Below, piece after piece: positions 38,153-50,482 of a stretch of DNA of 64,000 bases; positions within the stretch are counted from its first letter, which is position 1, and each line of letters opens with the position of its first letter. This stretch comes from Camelus dromedarius. Lineage: Eukaryota. The DNA lies in contig NC_087437.1 in the NCBI RefSeq assembly GCF_036321535.1, forward strand, positions 41,914,001 to 41,978,000, read 5' to 3'. Under the pieces are notes generated by a model. The model did not search any database. It saw nothing but the letters and a program-made list of their open reading frames with translations, and was not told the origin of the DNA. The position numbers and the translations under genes were made by a program.

Positions 38153-39864
38153 TTAAACAGCTTTATTTTTAACTATTGTTTTCTAGATAAAGTAGCTCTG
38201 TGTCTCCAAGTATAATTCTACCTCTGAGTAGATCAACACAGCTAAATAAAGTTTGCTCCCTTTAATATGCCTAACTGCATACTATTCTTAAAGTATAAAA
38301 GTCAGGTTTCCACCTGAATTTTTGTGTGTGGCTATATAAATTACAGTGAATGCCCGTCAGTAATCAAAATATTAGTGTTTCATATGTTACGTTTCAGAAC
38401 CTAGTGGTATATTAATTTAACTCTATTAAGGACTTTTGGTACATCATAGAGATTTTAAGAAGTAGCAACTAGTTTTTCACATGAAAGAGTAAACATCAGC
38501 CTAATTTCCAACTTGTTATGTTGGTTTAATATTTTAATAATCTCTGAAGAATTACAGCAGCTGCCACTTAAATAAACCATTAGGTTAAGAACAGAGTGTT
38601 AACATCGAATTTACTGATTTTCTTATTTAATATGTGACAGTTATAACCTCCATGATGGTGGTATGCCGCTTTATATTCTTAGTGAATGTAAAGGGAATCA
38701 GTGGGGTGGGGATAGGTTTAGATGCCTCTTGTCCTGACTAAACACAGCACGTAGCAAATATTTTATCATTTTTACTTACATCTTGCTTTTCTTTTTTCTT
38801 TTAAGCTCCCAGAATATTAAATTTTAATGAGTATTCTTAATGTCTCTTCCTCAGGAAGTAGATCTCCTTAAATGTAAACAGAAGACTTGTCCTTCCCGCC
38901 AGCTTGGTATATAGCATGTTAACAGGCGTGCCCTGGTAGACGGGACGTTAAAGCTGCCTCAGTCATGTCCACTTGTCTTGACTTTTGCCTGTTTCTGTTG
39001 ATCAGCATTTAGCATGTCATTTTCTTGGGAGTGAGTTTTTTTTTTTCCCTTTTGTTTCTTGTTTTTGAAAGCCTTTGTTTCCCCTAGACAGACTACACAG
39101 CCAGAGTTTTCCTGGAGCATTCTTTTGAGTACACACTTCCAGACAGCACATTAAACATATTAAAACTTTCCACGTTCAGATGGTGCTCGTCACTGGCATG
39201 TCTTTTACATCAAATGTGATTCTCCTCCTAATCCTGTGACCTTTTCTGTTCTGGTTGATATCGTCTTAATAACTTTTCCCTGGCGGCTCTCTTCTTGCAT
39301 TCAGTAGTTCAAATCCTCTCACCACCCAGGTTTACTCTTCAAACATACTGATGGCCGTGGTGTCAAGGGGACCCAGGAGGCGTTTTACAATCAGTATAAT
39401 GTAGAAAAAGGAACAAACAGCTTTTGGGACGCTTGCCCAGGAAAAAGAAGGATATTCAAATGAGAGTGGGACCGGCAGTTAAAACAGAAGCTGCAGCTAT
39501 TAGTGCTGAGTAACTTTGCACAACAGCTCCTTTTATGATAGAATCCTATTTAGAGGCTGGGGCTTGAGCTTGACAGTAAAAAAAAGTTCGGCTGGTCAAA
39601 TGTTGGGTTTGGGAAACCAAACATGGGGAAGCTCAGTTTTGGGTCAGACTCTTCAGCTTCAGGATATATGAGAAATGTGTGACTTGTGCAGATGCTTAAA
39701 GAAAACTGTTATTGCAAACTGCCATCCACGTTCTCTTCTACTCAAACTTATGAAGGCCTCTGGTATCAAGATATTGTCAGCCTCTCTTCTTTGAGATTTG
39801 GGGTGGAAAGGAGGAGTGAGTGAGTATGACTTCTGACTGAATCAAGGAGTGACTGAATACTAGA

Positions 39865-39980
39865 TTTGTTCATTTTAATAAGCATTTGTCAAATGTCTTC
39901 TATGCCAGGACTGTATTAGGTGCTGGCGACACAGAGATGAATAAGACACTGTTTTTGCCCTAAAGGAATGAGCTGTCTAG
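39865..39980 (-). mobile_element. L2 3'-end remnant
   Basis: ctatgccaggactgtattaggtgctggcgacacagagatgaataagac. Confidence 0.65.
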
Positions 39981-41154
39981 TTGGGAAGCAAAGTCTGGTT
40001 TAAAAAAAAAAAAAAAGGAAAAAAGGGCTGTATTTACACATGTGTAGGACCATGGGGGAGTGCTTGGATTGCAGAATGTATCAGTGCCTTGGGAGCACGG
40101 AGAAGAGGTAGGTCAGGGAGTGGGGCAGGCAGGCAGGAAGACAGACCAGGCTGGGAACCGTGTCTGTGGAGACTGAGCCTGAACAGAGATCTCCCTGGAA
40201 GTGAGTGAGGACTGCTGCTCAAGCTCTGCATGTCATGTGCTCAGTTTCCACTTTATGAGATGAGCATAGCTGTACGAATGAGATAGTCAGTGGAGGGCTA
40301 ACGTTAGCGGTGCCCCGAGCAAACCGTATCTGCGCATTCTACCATCTCTTTTCTGGAACTGAATATTCAGTATTCTTGCTAGTGAATCTGTTTGTCCTCT
40401 GATGCATCCAGTCTGGCGATCCACCCCTGGCTTCTTGATGTCTATTCCTCAGGATTACCGACGCCACAGAGGTGCAGACCACGAGCACCCTTTAATGGGG
40501 GCTGCTTTCCAGCAGCGCAGGCAGCCATGCCCGTTTCTGAAGGCTTCCTTTTAACTGTAAAAAATGGTGTGAACTTATCCAGGTCTGTGGTCTGATTTTA
40601 CAATCCTCTCTGTCTTAGGTTTGCCAATTCCGCTCACTACAAAGGCTTCCGAAAAGGCATAGCCGGTGCATAATCTCTGTCTCATAAAGGAAAATGTTGA
40701 TGCCATATTATCAGAGGGTGGTGCTCGATGTGGCACCCATAATAATTATGACATATGACATATAATTATGACAGCTCTGAGCTGTCTGGGTTGAGAGACA
40801 CTTCAGAATTTAATTAGCCAAAGGCAATAATAATATGATACAAGATGTAGCCAGTATCCTTCAAACGGTAGAAACAGAGCTGCCTTCAAAAAGGAGAGGA
40901 TTAAGGAAAAACACTGGCGTGGCAAGGTTGCACTGCAAAATAACAGCAATTTGAAACTCTACAGTAGTTTTAACATTATGATTGTTTTCAACTTATTGCA
41001 GTGTTTGACTGTCTGGTTGCACTGTAAGCTCCAGGAGAGCAGAGGCTGTGTGTCTGTTCATGCTGTGCCTGGTGTCTGAGGTAGCATTCACTAAGTCCTT
41101 CAGAACGGATGAAGGATGAGTGAAATGAACAAAATGAAATTTATTCATCTAAAC

Positions 41155-41476
41155 CGGGGTTTGAAAACTGGCTACCTGTTGCAATTGTCATACAGGCATC
41201 CTTTTTTTTTTAAATCTTCATAGTTGACAAAAAAAATAATTAGGTGTCTGTATTTAGAAATGGGAAGATTTACACAATATTCTGGATCTCTTAGTTTTTA
41301 CTGAAACCTAGAAGATCCAATAACTGGGCTAGTCATCCCACTGGGCAACTGTTGGCCAGCAAAAAGTAGCAGCCACCATCTTTAGATGGGGGGTGTCGTC
41401 CTCAGGCCCCACTCTGTCCCCTTCACTTGGTTTCCAAACTTGCCTGGGTTCTGTGGTCATCTGAATTTGGAACCTG
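41155..41476 (+). mobile_element. hAT-Charlie fossil, MER102-like
   Basis: ggggtttgaaaactggc...gaagatccaataactgggc...ggcaactgttggc...gtagcagcc...tgaatttggaacctg. Confidence 0.55.
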
Positions 41477-41718
41477 AGAATTGCTAATTTTTTAACCTTT
41501 GAAATTGCATCTTGTGCTCAGGGATGTAGGGTTTTAAATATAGCAAAAATGTTTAAGATTTTTCAGACACGCTCATTGTATATCATACCATTGAGGTGAT
41601 TTTAAGCCTCTTCGTTTTCTACTTTATGACTTGTAAAGTGAACTATTGTGGGCTCTGGTTCATGTGACTTTGTAGAAGGGTTTCAGTTGTCTTACAACTT
41701 AGGACCCATGTATTCTTT

Positions 41719-41875
41719 CTTATTTTTTTAAAGTTTTTCTTTCTTTTTTTAATGAAAGTACTCTCACCCCCAAACTTCCCGTTGTTGTTTTTAATAGCAG
41801 TATTGAGGACTGAACCCAGGACCTCATGCATGTTAAGCACATGCTCTACCACTGAGCTATACCACCCCCTCCCCG
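41719..41875 (-). mobile_element. tRNA-derived SINE (camelid Vic-1-like), full length
   Basis: tgaacccaggacctcatgcatgttaagcacatgctctaccactgagctatacc. Perfect 17-bp TSD GGACCCATGTATTCTTT at 41702-41718 and 41876-41892. Confidence 0.9.
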
Positions 41876-42378
41876 GGACCCATGTATTCTTTTTTTTTTT
41901 TTTTTTTGGTCTCTGCTTTTCAGTGAACACTATTTGAGTCCCCAGTCAGTGCCACACTGAGCACTCACCAAAGCAGACGAAAGGCAGAAGAAACGACCAG
42001 GAGCCTTGGTTTTACTGTTTACAGACTTGTTGGGGGACATTAAACTCAGAGGCAAAGTGTCAGCGTTCCAAGGGGAAGAGATGCCAGTACTTGTGTTTAC
42101 AGTCTTTTTTACAGTCTCCAAGAATTGAGTCTTCCTAAAGTACTTAAATGAAATAGAATTTTTTAAAAGTAAATGTTACCTAGTATTGTCTAGATGAGGC
42201 ATTTTTATTTAAATCATTTTATACTGACTTTCTCTTTGAATAAAGTTAAACTCGATAGGTTTCCAACCTCTAACTTCTATTCTTTTTTTTGGAAAATGTG
42301 TATTTGTCATGTTGAATGAGATGTGAAAGCCATTGATGTATCTTACAGTGCAGTAAAAATAATATGTGTATGCACATG

Positions 42379-42406
42379 TGCGCGCGCACACACACACACA
42401 CACACA
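42379..42406. repeat. (GC)n(AC)n alternating purine-pyrimidine microsatellite
   Basis: tgcgcgcgcacacacacacacacacaca. Confidence 0.9.
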
Positions 42407-43225
42407 AAGAAAAGATGGGACAGTTCTCAACCCAGAACGTGTTAAGACATATGTTTACACATAATCATTTTCTTATTTACAGACTCTTCTTTTTTTTGTC
42501 CAAATGACTGACTTAAAAGTATGACTATATAGAAACTACATGTTATACTCCGAACAAGACAATAGGGAGCAAACTGCATAAAATTAGTAATGTCAGTGTC
42601 CTAGTTCCAAATTCAGATGCAGAAAATAAACAGCCTGCCAAGGAGCCTGTTGCTGAAGCAGCAGAGTAGTGTGTCTAGGTACTCTGGGATGTGGGTGCCT
42701 TCAGAATACCTTCGTTTTCCTATTTGAATTGGGATTGGCCAGAACGAGATGCCACTTAGTACGTTTCCGGCCAGCTCTACTGTTGTGGTAAATGGAAGCT
42801 GAGCTGTGGTGGGCCTCCAGAAGAAACGGAATTCACGTGCTCCCTCAGCCTTCATGCCTGCATTGGTATTGCTTCTCAGCCCTGGGACTTTTTCGTTAAC
42901 AGGCGGTCATCATATAGATGACTGCTGAGCGGAAATGTGTTCTATGTGCAGCAGGTATGTTTGGCACAACCATGAGCTAGAATCCATTGACCAGGATCCA
43001 TTCATTATTGCCCATTTCTTGCTCCTTGCAGTATAGTAGATGTGCACTTGGATAAAATGGACAGTCTACACCTAGAAAATTACTTTGCTAAGGGTTTCTG
43101 ATTCACTATAATTAGGCAACTAGTTAGGCAGAGCAGAGCTGGAGGCACCTAGTCTGGTTTGGGGGGCAGTTTGACTGGAGAGTATTTGTATCAGTAAACC
43201 TGTCATTAGGGTTCCATTCCTACTA

Positions 43226-43454
43226 CAGTTGACCCTTGAACAGCGTGGATTTGAATTGCGTGGGTCCACTTATACACTTATTTATATTTTTCAGTAGTAA
43301 ATACTACAGATCTGTACCATCTACAATTGGCTGAATCTACAGATGTGCAACCTATGGCCCACTTACGTGGAGTGCCAACTCTAAGTTATACACGGATTTC
43401 TGACTGCATGGAGGATTGGTGCCCCTAACCTTTGCGTTTTCCAAGGGTCAATTG
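43226..43454. mobile_element. MER8-like MITE (Tigger2 derivative), complete
   Basis: Terminal inverted repeats CAGTTGACCCTTG / CAAGGGTCAATTG flanked by a TA duplication on both sides. Confidence 0.85.
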
Positions 43455-46400
43455 TATTTTTTAAAAATGGAAATGAATTCTTGTGAGCCAAACCTAGATT
43501 TGTAGAGAAATGGACTTGTGTTGTTACCCAGTTGTGTCGCATGACTTTTCGTTTTTAGAAGGGGTCTTTAAAATGTTCTTGTGTTTTCCAAGTAGATTGA
43601 AAAATTCAGCACTGAAACGTGTTACTTGTATAGAAGTTTCTTCGGTCTCTACGTATATTGGAATATTGGGTTGTCATTCTGGTTTATGGGGGAATCCATG
43701 ACACACCGAAGCCCGTGTTTGGGTTAGTGATATTGTTTGGTAGCTCAGTTGGCCAGAGCTATGCAGCTCATTTATATCTTTTCTGATTTGTTTCACATTG
43801 ACAATGCATCTATTTAAAACTCATCTTAATTCTCATCACCTTGGCAAAAAACCCATATATAAAGCATCTTTATAGAGTGACTTTCTTTATAATTTATTCT
43901 GTGACTTTAGTCATTACCGAAAATAAGTGCATTATAAAATAGGAATTACAAAGAAATCCCTATTTTTCTTACAAGGTTTGTGATGGGAAATCAGGCCTTA
44001 GGCTTATATATACCCTGTCTGTGGATAATATCTGTTCTAGAGAGCCAGGGAATCAAGTGAGGGTGGAGTTGGGTCATAGAGGACATTATCCTTTAGTAGA
44101 TGAGTGTTCACATCCCGTTTGCTTCTCAGACTGTTTTCCCGGTTTCTTAGTTTTAAGTGGTTTACTCAGGGTCAGACACTGAGAATCTTCTCATTTTCTA
44201 TTGACTGCCTCTCCATATACCACGTTGCTTAAAGCTGCCTTGGAACTGTGAAGAGCTTCCGTTAGAGAGACTTGAAGCTAGGCATCACACCAGGTGTGTG
44301 CTCCTTCTTTGGAGGGAGGCACTGGCTCATTTTCTAGCAATTATTCTAGAATCATGGGGGTAATGTAAGCTAAAAGATTCTGTAAGAGTCCAGAGATTTC
44401 AGTGCCTTAATAATGTAAAAGATATATTAAAGTTCAGATTTTTGACATTGAAAGAATGCCAAGTATCTAACTAAAGCTTGGCATTTACCTTAAACTTAAA
44501 TGTTACTTTGCAAGCTTCCTGATCACCAGAAGGCTTTTAGTCTCAATTTTAGTTTCAACCTTTAGTTGAGTAGTTACTTGTTAAATTGTTGGAAAGAATG
44601 GATTTTATTGGAGATTTTGGTTTCTTTGTTCCCTGTCTGATGGAGGAAACGAATAATAACTATTTGAGTGCTTATGATGGGCTGAGAATAGTGCTCTGCA
44701 CTTATATACATGATTCCATCCAGTGAACATACACCGTATAAGGTGGCGATCGTTTTTATAGACAGAACCAGAGGTGAGAAAGGTTAAGTACTTTGCAGCT
44801 GGCAAATCATGAGACTAGGTTTCAAATCTATTTATATCCTACCTTCCAGGAAGGGTGGAGTAGCTTGGGTTGGGCACATCTCCCATGTCTTGTTCAGGTA
44901 AACAGTTGGGGAGAGACAAGGGACCGGGTTCTACACGGTAGAAAATTTTAAAGCTTACAAAGAAGAGTATTCCTGTTGTCACCTTATATGATCTTCACAT
45001 CAGCTCTGGAAGATGGCATGATTCTGGCTCTGGAGCGTCTAAGAATTGCGGACCAAGCAGTGGGAGTTTCCACAGCCTGGAGGCATTGGCTGAGTTTGGA
45101 GGAGTTGGGGGTGAAGTCATTTTAGGCCTAGGTCATCAGAGCTGCTCCCTTCTTTCTTTCCTTAGGTAATGGTTCTCTCTCTGAGATTAGCTGCAGCAGG
45201 CAGTTCTCTCTAGGGTCAGCAGCTGCTGGGAGATGGTGGTGACCAGAGAAGGGCAGCCGGGGTTCCTCGTCCCTGGGAGTCTCACTCTGGGAGCCAGGAG
45301 AGGGCTTTTGTCTTCCTTCTTTTGCTCCCAAACTCCGTCTTTCATTTCCATTCAAAAATTACATCACCCAGAGGCACAGTTTTTGTGTCTTAAGAAATCC
45401 AAAAACTTGTTGTAAGACTTGAACCTATTAGATTATTTTTTTAAATTCTGAATTTTTAATTATTTCTCTTAAGTAATGCCAGTATAAAAAAAAAAAAAAA
45501 CTAAGTTTATCCTTCAAAGAGAAAGAAAATGACCACTTTACTCCATGAGCATTTCTGAAGCATCTCACCTCCGCTCACTCCTGTCTCAGGGGAGATACAG
45601 AATTAGGTGTCACGCAGTATTTGTACTGTGAGCCACGATACCACACCCCTTTGCTAGTGAGTTCCTCATTTTCTTTGTTTTAGATGGATGAATGGCTGCT
45701 TGGAGTTTGACTCTCCTCAAGATGTTAATTATATGTTTCAAAATCCTGTGTTCTGTTAAAAATCACTTACGCATAGCCTTGGAAAGAAGTGGAGGCGGGG
45801 AGGTGCTTCAGGGGTGCACAATATTGTTTTGGAGGCCATGGGAAATAAATCTTAAGTTCATTTACCACCAAGACATATTTAGTCAGTGTCTATAAACAAA
45901 AGAAGGCACAGTGTGCCTGGACGTTATTTGTCCCAGATGGAGTTTAAACTTGGCTCATTATACTGCACTGATGTCATGGCGCATAAACTGGCCCGAGTTA
46001 GAGACGTGCATAGAATCTGCTGTGTGCTTGTATGTGCTGAGAGCGTGCGGGGAGGAGGGAGGGGCTGGCTGGAAAATCTTTGTCACATTTTTCCTTTGCT
46101 GTCTGCAGAGCCTAGTGTCAGTCCTGAATTTGGACTTGGCGCAGAGTGAGGGAAGAATCGGAATAATCTGTTCACTTGTGCAAGTCGGAATGTGTATGCA
46201 CTCAGGGATGTTGTTCTTCCAAGACTGAGAGTAAATGCATCAGGCTTTCCATCAGTTGCTTATGATGCTCTAGTACTAAAATCTAGAAAGAAAAATCTTA
46301 AAGCACTACATTTTTGAAGAGCGTTCTCACTCTGTTTACCTTGAAATCTTCAATCTGGATAGTTTCTTTAAACTTTTTGATGGTGTTAAGTATCCAGCTG

Positions 46401-49400
46401 TATAATTCTGTTTTCTCAGACTGGATGGTAGATAACCTCTCAGACTAGTTGCCTAAGGTTTAAAAAGGCAGATGCCTGTTACTTCTTAGAGAATCTGGCC
46501 AAGTTTAATTCTTCCTGTGTGCTTTTAGGCGGCAGCTTATGGGTCAGAAAAGGGTCCTCTCCTGGAGTTTTGAGCACTTAATAGGAAATTTCCACATACT
46601 GTACTGTTACTTTATTACATTTTGTTGCTGACTTTCGTTACGATAATCTTAATTAGAAGCATTTCCAAGTAATTCAAACCATTTTGTGGATATAAAGGGC
46701 TTAGACTTCAGAACTTCTGTGAATGGATTCCAAAGTCACTATTGTTGCTAGGATCCACAGAAGCTGAACAGACACTGGAATGTGAATGACTTGGGAGGTG
46801 ATCTTTTAAGGAAAGCCAGAATGTTTCCCAAACAGAATCTGGTCAGAGGTGAGAATTGACTGGTTTTAGCTTTTATTGAGAACATGAAACATGGCAGATT
46901 TGGTAAATTTTTTTTCTTTAGACTCTCTCATTAGAGGCCATATTTTTTCTTAACTGAGAGACTTGTCACTGATAGAAATTTGAAGAAAAAGAAGTATTAA
47001 CAACAATGATTTATTGAGCACATACTATGTGTAAGGCCTTCTACCAGGGCTGTACTGGTGTTACCCTAATCCTTGGAGCACACACAGGATGTCAGTGTGA
47101 TTTCTCTTTTCAGAGGAGGAAATGCAGGGTTAGGCTGGGTGCCCTCCCTGTCTGGCGCAGCTAGGATTCAACTGTGAGCTGTCCGATTTGCTCTTCTCAC
47201 TGTGTATCTGTGGTATGTTATGTTTAAACTATTAGTTAAAAAATGGCTTGAAACTAAAATGAGATTATCACAAAGTGACTTAACTACTCAGTGTTTATAT
47301 ATAATAATGTTACTTAGAAGACAGCTCTGGCCTAAACTCCATCTGATTTTCCCTCAGCACATAGTGTAGCAGGGAGATACACAAACATGTAGAAGAAACA
47401 TGTACTGTTACGTTCTTATTTTTCAAAATCTTAGAAAGTACTTAAGATTCATCTTGAATTTAATGATTAAGTTGTGGGTGGTACTTTTTTTCTTTTCTGT
47501 GAGTCCTTGACTTAGTTTTCAGATTCTTTTTTGTGTGTGTATGATATGATAAAAGGCAAATTATAACTTAAAGATACAAAAAATGAACTAACTAGCTTGA
47601 AATGGAATTATTTAGGAATCAGAAAGTAGATGTTTTAGGGATATGATTAACTTGGGACCCTTGAAAATAAGTAATGATTCTCCTTTGACTCATAATTATG
47701 TTTGTTTCCCGATAGTCCTGTTACCTTCCTTTCCTTTTGCTCAGCACGCCAACCAGCGGTATAGTTGATGAACAACGTAATCCGCTGTTGGATTGACAAG
47801 TTTACTGGAAGTAAAGAAAGGAATGCTAGGTTGGCTGGTGAATGCTTTGGGGGTTAGCATTTTAGAGCAGCAGCCAAAGAGAAGAAAGAGGGCCAGAAAA
47901 AGTCTAGGAAAAGGTGGAGACACAAGAGAGGAACAGACTGTGGAGGCCTATCAGTGGTGGGAGTGGTGGAGATGGAAATGACAGAATCCCAGCTCGATAA
48001 CAGAATCAGAGAAAGGGACAGGAAGTAGGAAGAATTAAGTTGTTATGGGGACGGGGAGAGCCATACACATTACTCCACCCTTGTAATCTGAGAACCCCAG
48101 TGTCGACAGAGAGGGAGGGCAGAATTCCTTAGCAGCAAACCTGGTGATCTGCATCGTCACACTGAAAGGTTGAACCATCAGTTGTTTTTGAAAACGCTTA
48201 CTTAGAACAACATAACCCCTGAAACATGTCACAGATGGGTGCTTCATTCATATCTTTACCCATCTCCATGTGTCCAGTGTCTCCCATCCCAGTTTGAGTT
48301 TCTCACTACTGTCATTTATCTGATAATGTTGCTTTCCTACTGGAAAATTCTGTGCACAGGATAAAGTCAAGACTTGAAGTGGGGGCAAACAAAGACTTTT
48401 CTCAGGCGGGCCTGGCTTCACCCCTCTGCCCTGCACACATGCCTGCGCCGTTACAGCCACATGGGCCTGCGAGCACACTGGACTTCTAAACGCACCGGGC
48501 CCACCAGGCCTCCGTGCGTGTACCGTGTAATTGTTCTTTTGCTTATCCTTTCACTCACCCTTTAAGCGTCACTCTCAACTGTAACTTTTCCTGGTTTCTT
48601 TTGTTTCCGTGGTAGTTGATAGCAAATAATCATGTTTTATGACAGCTAACTGTATTTTCTACTCTCACACCGATACACAAACGGGTAGGCGTTCATCTTT
48701 CTCATCCTAGAATCATCAGGGCTTAATAAAGTGCCTGGTACATGGTAACTACTCAGCCAATGTTTGTTTAATACTTAAGTTTTCAATAATTGCATTAAGT
48801 AGTGATTTAAATAAGTTTAATATAATCAATACCAAGGCAAGGCCTGAATAAGTGATGATGATATACTGCGCAGTGGCAGGGAGGGGCTGGGGGCTCTTCC
48901 ACAAAATCCTTCCAAAACCCTAGAATATGGCATTTGTATTCATTTCCGATTTTATGCTAGTGGACACAAAATGCAAGGCGATGGTAGTGCTAATTTTAAG
49001 CAATTAAGAAATTACAGTAATAAGAAACATCAGCTCTAGAATGCTTAATGCAAAAACGCTGGGAACTGATTTTTCTGTCAGAGGGATGAGAATATTCTTC
49101 ACGGGTGCATTATTTCTTGATTGTATCTTAGAGGGGAAGAATCGTGTTAAGTGAACGATGTGGCCAACATTGAAGTAGATTTTAAAAGCAGTGGAATATT
49201 GGGAACGTAGGCAGTTAAATATGTTTCTTAAAAGTTAAATATGGCGTTAGGATTCCCACAGTGGAGCTGTATGTTTAGGCTCGTTGCACAGCGCACCAGA
49301 GATATGTGACATTCATTAGCACACCCGCGTGGGTCGTGCTGCTCTGTCTCAGCCGATCAAAACCAGACGTGAGGTGGCTGGATCTAAATGAAGGGAGGTA

Positions 49401-50308
49401 TGTGAGAGTCAGTGTGCAAAGCACATTCAAAGTGGGGCTGATTAGGTGAAAAGTGGCCTGAGCTGCTGATTCCCCATCAGTGTGGCCAGAGCCCAGCTTG
49501 GGGACATGGGGGGCGTGGATGGATTTGAAGGGTAGAAAGGGCTTGTACCTCATATGGTGGACATTTTTAACAGGGATTGACCCTGAAACAGTGATGATGG
49601 GAACCAAATCTTGTTCTCGGCAAACATAATTTTCAGCTAAAGGAGTACTCAGCAATTCTGTGAAAAACGTATCTAATAAAAATGAAAAAATATTGATTTA
49701 AATAAACATAATGGTGCTCCAGTTGCACAGGGATATTTGGTGGCTCTTACTGTTAGCCAGGGAAAAACTACACTTAGGCTTAACATAGAATTTTGGTCTT
49801 TTATGTTTTTGGTTTTTATCTTGAAAGTCCTGTAGTTGAAACTTTAGACTTGGGCATTTGTGGCTCTATTAAAAGAGGCTTTTAACCTAGTTTGGGCCAT
49901 CTATATTACATTTGGCATTTTTTCCATTTAAGTTAATGCTACATTTTTATTCTTAGCAAACAGCTCTTTTTTGTAATAGAATCTCCTTGTTCAGGGCAGA
50001 ATACAATTAGAGGGAGTGGAAATGTATAACTTCTTACAGGTTGCCATTCTATTTTCCTTCTAGCCCTTACTACTATCTGTAAATGTTTTGTTTTTGTTTA
50101 AATGATTCCCAGCCCCCATCCCACTCAAGCTCCGTTTGTCAGCCTGAGGTGGGCAGAACTTTGTGTTGTCTGAGGCTCTGTTCCCAATGCCTGGGGGAGT
50201 GCTTGACCCGTGCTGAGGACTCGTTAATATTTGCTAGACTGAGAGTAGTAGTAATTCTTCTGAGGACACTTATTTCATGAAATGCAGTTATTGAACTCAT
50301 TTGAATTA

Positions 50309-50482
50309 CAGTTTATCCTTGAACAACATGGGTCTGAACTGTGTGAATCCACTTACACACAGATTTTTTTTTTTCCCACTGAATGCGTACTGTAGTACTA
50401 CACCGCCTGCAGTTGGTTGAATCCGAGGTTGTGGAGGGCTGACTGTAAAGTTGCAAGCAGATTTTGAACTCTGCAGAGGGTT
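50309..50482. mobile_element. MER8-like MITE, 3'-truncated
   Basis: ta|CAGTTTATCCTTGAACAACATGGGTCTGAACTG..., collinear with the 43226 copy. Confidence 0.75.

Noticed and set aside
41800..41875. tRNA-like sequence on the minus strand
   Set aside because: It is the head of a SINE with an A tail and TSD, not a tRNA gene. The same applies near 9200, 16500 and 23650.
49275..49655. 126-aa minus-strand ORF
   Set aside because: Non-ATG start, no recognisable similarity and no exon context. Its length is compatible with chance.
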